Part shown: piece by piece, positions 22,251-35,800 of the stretch
Position numbering within the stretch: the stretch's first letter is position 1
Layout of the letters: every line of letters starts with the position of its first letter
Assembly: GCA_002269645.1 (NCBI GenBank)
Contig: NIVC01002033.1
Span: 1-64,000, forward strand
Reading direction: 5' to 3'
Source of the DNA: Macrostomum lignano
Lineage: Eukaryota
Length of the DNA stretch: 64,000 nucleotides
The notes under the pieces: model-generated
Database searches by the model: none
The model's input: only the letters and a program-made list of their open reading frames with translations
What the model was told of the DNA's origin: nothing
Translations under genes and position numbers: made by a program

Positions 22251-23851
22251 GTGGCTTTGTTTGATTGCCTTGTTTTGGTGGAACTCCTCTTCAAATATAC
22301 ATCAATTAAAACTGCCTTAATGCAGACTGCATATGCAGTGCCTTTGACTCATAGATAATGTTTCTTCTGGTTTCTATTCTTTGATTGCATCTTTTACATG
22401 GGGATCATATAACAAATGTGCTTAGGAATGGGGATCGTAAAATGAGAGAATGCCACAATTAATACTAATCATCATATTACTATATTAAATAAGACAAATG
22501 ACATAATTTTAGCATGATCATAAACCACAATTGCTTGTTATTTATGGGCCTATTATTATTGTATTGCCATTGGCATGGTATGGTATCATCTTAACTTAAG
22601 ACTAGACTAAGTATAGTATCAAGCAATTCAGGCCTATGATATATGTACAAAAAGTTTTATTAAAATAAAGATAAACAGATAATTTTTCTAAAATCTATCA
22701 AATCTATACTATGATGACTTGATATTATGAGTTTTGCATAAGCTAGGCTGTTTTGGGGTTTGGCCTGCACTAGGGAATTAGGCATATTTGTCTATTGAAT
22801 TAGATTAGAATGTATGCACATTTTGCACAAAAGTATATATAATACCATAGCCTATTATCTAACTGGCCTTTTGAGCCCTCATGTATTTGACTACCAAATA
22901 ATTGATTCTATTAAATGTTCTTAGATAGATCAATAAATATAGATCACTTTTTATTTTAATATATAAGGCCTAGGCTATAATTATAGATTATATATTCATA
23001 TTATGATTATTATGACACATACTATTCCTAAAATAGATTTAGAAAGAGGTCTAATAAGCTAGGCTAGGCCCTTACCCAAGGAAATAGTTATTATATAAAA
23101 AGCAAATTGATGATTCTTTTTGTTTTTATTGTCATTGTTGACTTATTAGGTTAAGCTAAGGCTAAAAATTAATATCCCTATATGGTACAATGGCACTAAC
23201 AATATTGCATATAATTGTCTTCTTATATAAATAATCTCTATGCAACTATACAGCCATGCAACTTGTTTTAACTAAAATATAGCTCATACATGCGCAACCT
23301 TGGAAATCATCTAAGTATTTCTATTAGCAACATATACATGTAAGTTGCTATTGGCTAAAAGCAGGCATGTGACTACTATTCAGTCCAATAGTGACTTACA
23401 TATGTGTTGCCAATAGAAATGGCCAGGTGAATCCCAAGGTTGCACCCAAGCATGATATAGCTTAGTTTTGTGACTTACCTGAGACAAAAGAATAAAAATT
23501 CAATTTATTACTATTACCAACTTTTGTCTTTTGAGTAGGCCTAAAGCTTATCAAATAAATTGTGACTTACTCTTGGTCTATCTCAGTTTATCCTGGCCAC
23601 TTCTGCAACTTCTAAGTCAGAAAGGCACTGTGTCATTCAGATTTTAATTCTTAAAAAGCCAGATATAGCTCCAGCTCATAAATTCATAAATTAGACAAAT
23701 TTGCATCTATCTAAGGCTACTATTTACTTTTGTGCAATTATGAACTATAATGTTTTCTGCGATTCTTCTGCTTGGCATAGTCATCCGGCTAGCAACTGGT
23801 GCAACCTCATCTTGCCAATAGATATCATATCAATAAGAGACATCTATAAGA

Positions 23852-26800
23852 ATGTCTAGCAAATCTGGAACTACTAAGCGCAAGTCTGAGCGAGTGCGCA
23901 CCACCAGCACTACTGAGTCTGAGGCTTCAAGCGCTGCCGCCGCTGCCCAGAGTGAAGTCTCGGCCACGACTGTTTCTCCACAGAAGCAGGTGTCTGGTAG
24001 CACTGTTACTACTACCACTACCTCTAGTCGAAAGGTAAATTTGAAAGTATCCATTTTACTGTAGAAAGGAATTTAATACCGAATTTATTGTAATAAACAA
24101 GTCTTAATTTAAAGCTAGCACCTTAGGATACCCTGAAGCACCACTGGTCTTCTGACTACTGTACTGGATGGAGGTAACAGAATGGTCCCCTGAAGCTCCT
24201 TCCTGTGGGTATCAGGCTCCCCTGAAGCTCCTTCCTGTGGGTATCAGAACTATCAGGCTCCCCTGAAGCTCCTTCCTGTGGGTATCAGGCTCCCCTGAAG
24301 CTCCTTCCTGTGGGTATCAGGCTCCCCTGAAGCTCCTTCCTGTGGGTATCAGGCTCCCCTGAAGCTCCTTCCTGTGGGTACCAGGCTCCCCTGAAGCTCC
24401 TTCCTGTGGGTGTCAGGCTCCCCTGAAGCTCCTTCCTGTGGTTATCAGGCTCCCCTGAAGCTCCTTCCTGTGGGTATCAGGCTCCCCTGAAGCTTATTCC
24501 TGTGGGTATCAGAACTATCAGGCTCCCCTGAAGCTCCTTCCTGTGGGTATCAGGCTCCCCTGAAGCTCCTTCCTGTGGGTATTAGGCTCCCCTGAAGCTC
24601 CTTCCTGTGGGTATCAGGCTCCCCTGAAGCTCCTTCCTGTGGGTATCAGGCTCCCCTGAAGCTTCTTCCTGTGGGTATCAGGCTCCCCTGAAGCTCCTTC
24701 CTGTGGGTATCAGGCTCCCCTGAAGCTCCTTCCTGTGGGTATCAGGCTCCCCTGAAGCTCCTTCCTGTGGGTATCAGGCTCCCCTGAAGCTCCTTCCTGT
24801 GGGTACCAGGCTCCCCTGAAGCTCCTTCCTGTGGTTATCAGGCTCCCCTGAAGCTCCTTCCTGTGGTTATCAGGCTCCCCTGAAGCTCCTTCCTGTGGGT
24901 ATCAGGCTCCCCTGAAGCTTATTCCTGTGGGTATCAGAACTATCAGGCTCCCTGAAGCTCCTTCCTGTGGGTATCAGGCTCCCCTGAAGCTCCTTCCTGT
25001 GGGTATCAGGCTCCCCTGAAGCTCCTTCCTGTGGGTATCAGGCTCCCCTGAAGCTACTTCCTGTGGGTATCAGGCTCCCCTGAAGCTCCTTCCTGTGGGT
25101 ATCAGGCTCCCCTGAAGCTCCTTCCTGTGGGTATCAGGCTCCCCTGAAGCTCCTTCCTGTGGGTATCAGGCTCCCCTGAAGCTTCTTCCTGTGGGTATCA
25201 GGCTCCCCTAAAGCTCCTTCCTGTGGTTATCAGGCTCCCCTGAAGCTCCTTCCTGTGGGTATCAGGCTCCCCTGAAGCTTCTTCCTGTGGGTATCAGGCT
25301 CCCCTGAAGCTCCTTCCTGTGGGTATCAGGCTCCCCTGAAGCTCCTTCCTGTGGGTGTCAGGCTCCCCTGAAGCTCCTTCCTGTGGGTATCAGGCTCCCC
25401 TGAAGCTTCTTCCTGTGGGTGTCAGGCTCCCCTGAAGCTCCTTCCTGTGGGTGTCAGGCTCCCCTGAAGCTCCTTCCTGTGGGTATCAGGCTCCCCTGAA
25501 GCTTCTTCCTGTGGGTATCAGAACTATCAGGCTCCCCTGAAGCTCCTTCCTGTGGGTATCAGGCTCCCCTGAAGCTCCTTCCTGTGGGTATCAGGCTCCC
25601 CTGAAGCTCCTTGCTGTGGGTATCAAGCTCCCCTGAAGCTCCTTCCTGTGGGTATCAGGCTCCCCTGAAGCTCCTTCCTGTGGGTATCAGAACTATCAGG
25701 CTCCCCTGAAGCTCCTTCCTGTGGGTATCAGAACTATCAGGCTCCCCTGAAGCTCCTTCCTGTGGGTATCAGAACTATCAGGCTCCCCTGAAGCTCCTTC
25801 CTGTGGGTATCAGAACTATCAGGCTCCCCTGAAGCTCCTTCCTGTGGGTATCAGAACTATCAGGCTCCCCTGAAGCTCCTTCCTGTGGGTATCAGAACTA
25901 TCAGGCTCCCCTGAAGCTCCTTCCTGTGGGTATCAGGCTCCCCTGAAGCTCCTTCCTGTGGGTATCAGGCTCCCCTGAAGCTCCTTCCTGTGGGTATCAG
26001 GCTCCCCTGAAGCTCCTTCCTGTGGGTATCAGGCTCCCCTGAAGCTTCTTCCTGTGGGTGTCAGGCTCCCCTGAAGCTCCTTCCTGTGGGTGTCAGGCTC
26101 CCCTGAAGCTCCTTCCTGTGGGTATCAGGCTCCCCTGAAGCTCCTTCCTGTGGGTATCAGGCTCCCCTGAAGCTCCTTCCTGTGGGTATCAGGCTCCCCT
26201 GAAGCTCCTTCCTGTGGGTATCAGGCTCCCCTGAAGCTCCTTCCTGTGGGTACCAGGCTCCCCTGAAGCTCCTTCCTGTGGTTATCAGGCTCCCCTGAAG
26301 CTCCTTCCTGTGGTTATCAGGCTCCCCTGAAGCTCCTTCCTGTGGGTATCAGGCTCCCCTGAAGCTTATTCCTGTGGGTATCAGAACTATCAGGCTCCCC
26401 TGAAGCTCCTTCCTGTGGGTATCAGGCTCCCCTGAAGCTCCTTCCTGTGGGTATCAGGCTCCCCTGAAGCTCCTTCCTGTGGGTATCAGGCTCCCCTGAA
26501 GCTCCTTCCTGTGGGTATTAGGCTCCCCTGAAGCTCCTTCCTGTGGGTATCAGGCTCCCCTGAAGCTCCTTCCTGTGGGTATCAGGCTCCCCTGAAGCTC
26601 CTTCCTGTGGGTATCAGGCTCCCCTGAAGCTTCTTCCTGTGGGTATCAGGCTCTCCTAAAGCTCCTTCCTGTGGGTATCAGGCTCCCCTGAAGCTCCTTC
26701 CTGTGGGTATCAGGCTCCCCTGAAGCTTCTTCCTGTGGGTATCAGGCTCCCCTGAAGCTCCTTCCTGTGGGTATCAGGCTCCCCTGAAGCTCCTTCCTGT

Positions 26801-29800
26801 GGGTGTCAGGCTCCCCTGAAGCTCCTTCCTGTGGGTATCAGGCTCCCCTGAAGCTTCTTCCTGTGGGTGTCAGGCTCCCCTGAAGCTCCTTCCTGTGGGT
26901 GTCAGGCTCCCCTGAAGCTCCTTCCTGTGGGTATCAGGCTCCCCTGAAGCTTCTTCCTGTGGGTATCAGAACTATCAGGCTCCCCTGAAGCTCCTTCCTG
27001 TGGGTATCAGGCTCCCCTGAAGCTCCTTCCTGTGGGTATCAGGCTCCCCTGAAGCTCCTTGCTGTGGGTATCAAGCTCCCCTGAAGCTCCTTCCTGTGGG
27101 TATCAGGCTCCCCTGAAGCTCCTTCCTGTGGGTATCAGAACTATCAGGCTCCCCTGAAGCTCCTTCCTGTGGGTATCAGAACTATCAGGCTCCCCTGAAG
27201 CTCCTTCCTGTGGGTATCAGAACTATCAGGCTCCCCTGAAGCTCCTTCCTGTGGGTATCAGAACTATCAGGCTCCCCTGAAGCTCCTTCCTGTGGGTATC
27301 AGAACTATCAGGCTCCCCTGAAGCTCCTTCCTGTGGGTATCAGGCTCCCCTGAAGCTCCTTCCTGTGGGTATCAGGCTCCCCTGAAGCTCCTTCCTGTGG
27401 GTATCAGAACTATCAGGCTCCCCTGAAGCTCCTTCCTGTGGGTGTCAGAACTATCAGGCTCCCCTGAAGCTCCTTCCTGTGGGTATCAAGCTCCCCTGAA
27501 GCTCCTTCCTGTGGGTATCAGGCTCCCCTGAAGCTCCTTCCTGTGGGTATTAGGCTCCCCTGAAGCTCCTTCCTGTGGGTATCAGGCTCCCCTGAAACTC
27601 CTTCCTGTGGGTATCAGGCTCCCCTGAAGCTCCTTCCTGTGGGTATCAGGCTCCCCTGAAGCTTCTTCCTGTGGGTATCAGGCTCCCCTAAAGCTCTTTC
27701 CTGTGGGTATCAGAACTATCAGGCTCCCCCGAAGCTCCTTCCTGTGGGTATCAGGCTCCCCTGAAGCTCCTTCCTGTGGGTATCAGGCTCCCCTGAAGCT
27801 CCTTCCTGTGGGTATCAGAACTATCAGGCTCCCCTGAAGCTCCTTCCTGTGGGTATCAGAACTATCAGGCTCCCCTGAAGCTTCTTCCTGTGGGTGTCAG
27901 GCTCCCCTGAAGCTCCTTCCTGTGGGTGTCAGGCTCCCCTGAAGCTCCTTCCTGTGGGTATCAGAACTATCAGGCTCCCCTGAAGCTCCTTCCTGTGGGT
28001 ATCAGAACTATCAGGCTCCCCTGAAGCTCCTTCCTGTGGGTATCAGAACTATCAGGCTCCCCTGAAGCTCCTTCCTGTGGGTATCAGAACTATCAGGCTC
28101 CCCTGAAGCTCCTTCCTGTGGGTATCAGAACTATCAGGCTCCCCTGAAGCTCCTTCCTGTGGGTATCAGAACTATCAGGCTCCCCTGAAGCTCCTTCCTG
28201 TGGGTATCAGGCTCCCCTGAAGCTCCTTCCTGTGGGTATCAGGCTCCCCTGAAGCTCCTTCCTGTGGGTATCAGGCTCCCCTGAAGCTTCTTCCTGTGGG
28301 TATCAGGCTCCCCTGAAGCTCCTTCCTGTGGGTATCAGGCTCCCCTGAAGCTCCTTCCTGTGGGTATCAGGCTCCCCTGAAGCTCCTTCCTGTGGGTATC
28401 AGGCTCCCCTGAAGCTCCTTCCTGTGGGTGTCAGGCTCCCCTGAAGCTCCTTCCTGTGGGTATCAGGCTCCCCTGAAGCTCCTTCCTGTGGGTACCAGGC
28501 TCCCCTGAAGCTCCTTCCTGTGGGTGTCAGGCTCCCCCGAAGCTCCTTCCTGTGGGTATCAGGCTCCCCTGAAGCTCCTTCCTGTGGGTGTCATGGTCCC
28601 TTGATGACCCTGCAATAGATTCCCCTGACTACTATTTAGCTAAAATAAACAAATATCTAATGAATCAAGGACTAAAACTCCAGATGACCAAGTCTTCTCT
28701 AACTGGCGCCCCAACTGTTGGCGCCGCCTCAGGCGAGCCGTCAACCTCGGGCGGCGCCGCTGGCGCCAGGCGTCGCTCCCACAGCCCGTTAGCGATCTCT
28801 CGCGAACAAGAAAAAGAAGAATTGGCTCATTTGAACACGCAGCTGGCCTGCTACATTGAATTTGTCCGGTCGCAGCAGCAGTCTGCCGATACAGTCCGGC
28901 GTCAATATGAAACCTTGAGCGAATCGATGACTCACGAACGGGAAGAATCTAGCGGCTTATACGAACGAGAGATTAACGGCCTTCGTCATCAGTTGGATAA
29001 GCTGGCCGGAGAGAGGGCGGCGCTGCAGTTGGCCTTGGACAAAGCCAATGGAGAACGAGCCGAGGCTGACAAGTTTGTTTAGCTTTTGTTGTTGCTGTTG
29101 TTGTTTTGCTAACTGTAGTGAAAGTTTATTACGAGCTAATTTATATCCTACGAAGTATCCCTTCCAAAACTGCGAAAGTTGTTCTAGCAATGTCCAACAC
29201 TATTTTGGTTTTCGGAGTTATGATATTTCAGTTTTGTGATATTTCGGTTTTGGGTCAATGAGAATTGCCCGCCGAGGTTTGCCCGCAATGCTTTTTTTCC
29301 TGCAGCGCATTTATCCACACGGCAGATTTTGTCTGCATTGCCTCCCCAATGCTTAGTAAGTTTTAATAGAGATTTACCCGATCAAAACGTCTTGATAGTA
29401 ACTGCATATCAAATGCATATATTCTTTTGGGGGGAGGCAATGCAGACAGAATCTAGCTGCCAAATGCGTTGCAGGAAAAAAGCATTGCGGGCAAACCTCG
29501 GCGGGCAATTCGTCTGTGGGAATTTCTCGTGCTCCCTTCGGTTTTATGATACTTTTGGTTTGTGATGGGCGTTGCTAGCAAGTTCGGAGTTATTATATTT
29601 CGGGCTTGTGATGCCACCCACTCAAATGCACTTAAGACGCTACTCAGTGATTCTACAGCTACTCTAGAACGCCATAGATACTGTCTAAGACCTCTTTCGC
29701 CTAGATCACCTTCGCCGAAACCTCTTTCGCCTAGATCACCTTCGCCGAAACCTCTCGCCTAGATCACCTTCGCCGAAACCTCTTTTGCCTAGATCACCTT

Positions 29801-32800
29801 CGCCGAAACCTCTTTTGCCTAGATCACCTTCGCCGAAACCTCTTTTGCCTAGATCACCTTCGGCGAAACCTCTTTCGCCTAGATCACCTTCACCGAAACC
29901 TCTTTCGCCTAGATCACCTTCGCCGAAACCTCTTTCGCCTAGATCACCTTCGCCGAAACCTCTTTCGCCTAGATCACCTTTGCCGAAACCTCTTTCGCCT
30001 AGATCACCTTCACCGAAACCTCTTTCGCCTAGATCACCTTCGCCAAAACCTCTTTCGTCTAGATCACCTTCACCGAAACCTCTTTCGCCTAGATCACCTT
30101 CGGCGAAACCTCTTTCGCCTAGATCACCTTCACCGAAACCTCTTTCGCCTAGATCACCTTCGCCGAAACCTCTTTTGCCTAGATCACCTTCACCGAAACC
30201 TCTTTCGCCTAGATCACCTTCGGCGAAACCTCTTTCGCCTAGATCACCTTCGCCGAAACCTCTTTTGCCTAGATCACCTTCACCGAAACCTCTTTCGCCT
30301 AGATCACCTTCGCCGAAACCTCTTTCGCCTAGATCACCTTCGCCGAAACCTCTTTCGCCTAGATCACTTTTGCCGAAACCTCTTTCGCCTAGATCACCTT
30401 CACCGAAACCTCTTTCGCCTAGATCACCTTCACCGAAACCTCTTTCGCCTAAATCACCTTCGCCGAAACCTCTTGTTCCCTTTATAACTCCCGACCAGGT
30501 AAGGCTGTATTGCACTAAAAACTCGCACAAACCGGATTACTTATTCCTTCCGCGCCGACAGACGCGCCGCAGGCCTGGAGCGCACTCTGAAAGAGCAGGA
30601 GCGCCAGCTGGATCGCCTAGCCGAAGCCGATACTGAAGCGCGCAACGCTCGCGCCGATGCTGATCGGCTGCGCAGTCAGCTGGCCGCCGCCGAGAAAGAG
30701 GCCGCCTCAGTAGCCAAGGAGCTGGCCGCCGCTCGTAAAGGCCTGGCCAATGCTGAGCGCAACGAACGCGACGCTAAACGACTGCAGGCTGAGCTAAACG
30801 ATAGCCAGGCCCAGCTGAAAGCGATGCGGGACCAGCTGGAGACTGAGGTAAGCTTATGCGATAATATTAAGCTTACGATAATAAGCATATACAAGATCTT
30901 GATCAGGAGTCTGATACCCAGCAATCAGATCTCAGTTACCAGTTCTCAGCTATCAGATCTCAGCTATCAGATTTCAGAAATCAGTTCTCAGTTACTAGAT
31001 CTCAACCATCATATCTCAGCTATCAAATCTCAGCTACCAAATCTCAGCTATCAGATCTCAGCTGTCAGATCTCAGCTATCAGATCTCAGCTGTCAGATCT
31101 CAGCTAATAAATCTCAGCTATCAGATCTCAGCTGTCAGATCTCAGCTACCAAATCTCAGCTATCAGATCTCAGCTGTCAGATCTCAGCTATCAGATCTCA
31201 GCTGTCAGATCTCAGCTAATAAATCTCAGCTATCAGATCTCAGCTGTCAGATCTCAGCTGTCAGATCTCAGCTATCAGATCTCAGCTATCAGATCTCAGC
31301 TGTCAGATCTCAGATATCAGATCTCAGCTGTCAGATCTCAGCTAATAAGTCTCAGCTGTCAAATCTCAGCTGTCAGATCTCAGCTGTCAGATCTCAGCTA
31401 CCAAATCTCAGCTATCAGATCTCAGCTATCAGATCTCAGCTATCAAATCTCAGCTATCAAATCTCAGCTATCAAATCTCAGCTATTATATCTCAGCTATC
31501 AAATCTCAGCTATCAGATCTCAGCTATTAAATCTCAGCTATCAGATCTCAGCTATCAGATCTCAGCCATTAGATCTCAGATATCAGATATCAGATCTCAG
31601 CTAATAAATCTCAGCTATCAAATCTCATCTATTATATCTCAGCTATCAAATCTCAGCTATCAGATCGCAGCTATCAGATCTCAACTATCAAAGAATTCAA
31701 AAAGGTTGCGTAAATGAGATTCTGTCAAAAAGAAATAAAAAATACGTCTCTTCAACTTCCTATTTAACTGAAAGTCGCTTAATTGCAAGTATGAAATATA
31801 GAACTAACGAAATGGAAGCATAGTGAAATAACTGTTGGATACTACTGGATTTATGAGTAGCTTAAAATGGTTCTTACTGCAAAGCAGTTGTTACAACAGT
31901 GCTTTCAATAGTATAATAGTACTCTTCGTTGAGCTACTATGTCATTAAATATGAATTAGATACTACTGATCAGCAGTAGTTGGCCCTCGCGACTGCTCAA
32001 CTTTCAATTATAGTGTATTTTAATTTTTGTATTTGAAAACCAGGTGAAACTGAAAACCGAGCTAGAGAATCGGGTCCAGACAGCTACAGAGGACGCCGCA
32101 TTCAAGGAGAGCCTGCTCAAAGAGGAGCGCAGCCGTTATCAAGAGCGCAGCGTCCTAATCGAAGAGGTCAGCCGAGTTCGCGAGGCCGACTTCGAATCGC
32201 GCCTGTGCGAAGAGCTGCGCCACGCCAGAGAGGAGGCCGACCAGGCCGCTGCCGCGTTCAGACTGGATTTGGAGGCCACTTTCCGGGTGAAGATGGACGA
32301 GCTCAGGTCCGCTTCGGAGCGCTATTCGCAGGTTTGTTGCTTCTAGTCTGTCTTACCTTTATTGTCTCTATCTAATCTCTAACATCAGTCATATTCTATA
32401 ACTTAAAGTTTCGCCATAGCTATGAATATGGTTACGGGAAAGCATATTCCCATATCTAGTTCCTGTATCTACATCTACGATATATCTACAATGTAGTAAT
32501 ATTGGCAATTCAAAATTTGAGACTTACAAGACTTAAAAAATCATTGTTGCTCTTTCTTGATTTCATGGGTGGCAGGTAGAGCAATAGAAATGAATGAATA
32601 TTGCCGGTTTCAAAGCTTTTATGAGGAGACCTCTTAAGTCCCTGGAGAATATCTAATCTCTAATCTCCTATATCTAATCTCTAATCTCCTATATCTAGTC
32701 TCTCTTTTCCTATATCTAATCTCTCATCTCCTGTATATAATCTCTTATCTCCTATATCTAATCTCATCTTCTATGTCTAATCTCTTTCCCTGTATCTAAC

Positions 32801-35800
32801 TAATATCTTTGCATGTATGTCAATATCAAACTTCCACTTCTTGATATAAAATCTCTCATTTTTCATATCTAATCTCACAAATGCCCAGGACGCTCGAGCC
32901 AGTCGCGACGAAATCGTTGAGCTGCGCCGCCGTCTGCACGACTCCGGCCTTGAGCTGGAGAAGGCGCGCAAAGAGGCCGACCTGTTGCGCGCTAGCAATG
33001 CTCGCTTGGAATCCGCCTTGGCCCAAGAGCGCGATGCGTTTGAGCAGCAATTAGACTACCTGCGCCAGGAGGAGAAGCGCAATAGGGAGCGCCTAGCCGA
33101 GCAGCTTGAGGAATACAATAATCTATTGACTAGCAAGCTGGCCCTGGACCAGGAGATCCTGGCCTATCGCCAGCTGCTCGACGAGGAGCAGCGTCGTACG
33201 AATTATTCGCCGCACAAGCATTCCAATCCGTCCGACGCGTCGTCTCCGTTCGCGCGCGGATCCAAGCGTAGAACCGCCGATTTTGATGACGAAGAATTGT
33301 ACTCTTCTATGGCTTATACGGTGCGTGTTATGCGTAATTCTTATTCATGCGGTATAATATACCTTTTCAACTTTGGATTCGTCAAAAGTGAGTTTATATT
33401 CGTCAGCGAATGCAAAACTATATAGCGCTCAAGGGGAAGAGAATGAGGGGTCGTACTATAAAGCTGTCGTAGCCCTGTTACTTGCGAGAGGAAGCTACAC
33501 GCGTTTCTGAAGCTCGATTTGAACCATAGACTATGCGCTTTGACTCTTCTGAGTGAGTTGATTTTTCTTCTAGTTAAAGTGTTGCGTTTTAAATGTTGCT
33601 GAGTGTAAGTTCGATCGTACGTCGGAACTTTTACACTGCAGAGATAGGAGCTAAGAATGATCTTATCTTACGATGGCTTTATAGAACGGGCCCTGAGTGT
33701 CTATGGTAAATTTTTAGAGAAAGTGACTTCGAATTCGTCACTTTAATTCGAATTCGCAGGAGCAGCAGGAAAATCTGCAACAAGCTTTTGCTGCATTTCT
33801 TTGAGGGTCACAGTCGGCTTGGCTTCTCTTCCACATACCTCGTCAACACCCCGAGCATCTCCTCAGAAAACCTTGCCTTGGTCTCACTGCACCGCCACGC
33901 GCGTTAAGATCGATCCTACCCTCATCAACATATCTCCTGATGATGTCACTGGCAGTTGTCCTCTTGATATCCTGTTCAATTGCGAGTTGTCTCCAGTCTC
34001 GTCCTTGTTGAAAACATCGCACGAGTCTAGAGCGATCCACAGACGAAATTCTCATGTAGGGCATCTCTGACAATAATCAAAGCATGAAATGAAGATTTTA
34101 AGAAATTGGACTACTTTTCCACAGACGAACTTCACTCACTTTCTTACTTAAACTTACCATAGACACCTTCTTTTCCTACCATGGACAAAGCAGACACTTT
34201 TTCTGATCAGACTGCATTTGCGCTGACGAATCTCAATTCCCATTCTAAGAATCACAATCCCCATTCTAAGAATCACAATCCCAGTTCTAAGAATCACAAT
34301 CCCAGTTCTAAGAATCACAATCCCCATTCTAAGAATCACAATCCCCGTTCTAAGAATCACAATCCCCGTTCTAAGAATCGCAATCCCCATTCTAAGAATC
34401 ACAATCCCCGTTCTAAGAATCGCAATCCCCATTCTTAGAATCACAATCCCCGTTCTAAGAATCGCAATCCCCATTCTAAGAATCACAATCTCCATTCTAA
34501 GAATCACAACCCCATATTAAATTCTCTTCATATTAAAATCATATTTCGGAGCTGCTCAGCGGTAATTTTTCGAGCCACGGCCATTTGTTCAATTCCATGC
34601 GCGACCACATTCATTTGGGGCTTGTACGTGCTCGAAGCATTGGCCGGTGGGTTCGTGCAATTCACAGCTGTAAGGGCCGCTGTACACCCTGTGTGAGCGT
34701 GTGTACGAGTGCGTGCCTGCGTACAGTATTGACACGCTTGTAAGTGCTCACGGAATGGGCAGAACTGCCGTCAGCGCTGGCTGCGGGACGATGTCATCGG
34801 AGGCGTTGTGTCAGGGTGCCCGCAGCCCTCCTACATGATTCCTATTATTAATCCATATTCATATTCCAAGAATATCCCTATCCTAACCCCCATCGTCTCC
34901 ACAACATCTCAGGTGCACCAGGAGCAGTGCGGCGCAATCCACGTGCACGAATTGGACCCGGAGCGCGGCCAATTTGTCCGATTGCGCAACACTTCGCCGG
35001 ACTCCGAAGTTGCCATCGGCGGTTGGACGCTGCGTTTAGAATGCGACGGCGTCACCAGCGCCTTCAAGTTCCCGGCTAAGACAGTTTTAGCGCCACTAGC
35101 TGAGGCTACCGTAAGTAACAGCCTGGGCATTGTTTGTTTATAACAGTCTGTTGTTTGTTGGTTATTCTCCTTACTTGACCCTACCATTAGTCTCCACCTG
35201 ATTCTGTACGGCCTCTACTTCATTCTACTATCTGACTTATTTCTATTGTTCTCCAGCCAATTTCTACCTTCATTTTCACTGACACAGGTGTGGAGCTCCG
35301 ACGCCGGCGTAGCTCATAATCCGCCAGCGGATTATGTTAGCAAAACCAAAGCCTGCGGTCAGGGCGAAAATATTCGCGTCCGATTGGTTGACGGCAGTGA
35401 TAAGGTAAAATTATTGCATAAAATTTTATTCAATATGCAAATCACCCCACTTTTAGTAAAAATTTAAGTAAAAATCCATTTTTAGGCCAAAAAAAGAATT
35501 TTTACTGAAATTTACAACTCACTAAGTATAGTAAACATATGGGTAGAAAACAACTATTGAACAGAAAACAAAAAAATTCTTCTGAAATTTGCAGCTCACT
35601 CTACTTATACAAAAAACATAAGTAGCCCTCTGGTAAATAAACCAGATAACATCACAAGATAACTTTTGCTCAAACGAGATAACATGTCCTATTACGGTTA
35701 TGTAAAATGTTATCTTGTATAAATCCCGTTTGCGTGACGAAATCTTACGTTTCCTTGTTTCAAACAAGATAAAAATAGGATTCACTGTCCAGGTAACAGT

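Noticed and set aside
29736-30636. (PRSPSPKPLS)n and (GEGDLGERGF)n ORFs resembling a phospho-repeat or collagen-like protein
   Set aside because: A 30-bp intronic satellite. The lamin exons flanking it join in phase without it, and the repeat ORF is out of frame with lamin exon 3.
33363-33425. CKTI-stop as a CaaX box for an intron-retaining lamin isoform
   Set aside because: Lys at the a1 position is atypical, the sequence is AT-rich intron after a good GT donor, and the isoform would lack the tail domain.
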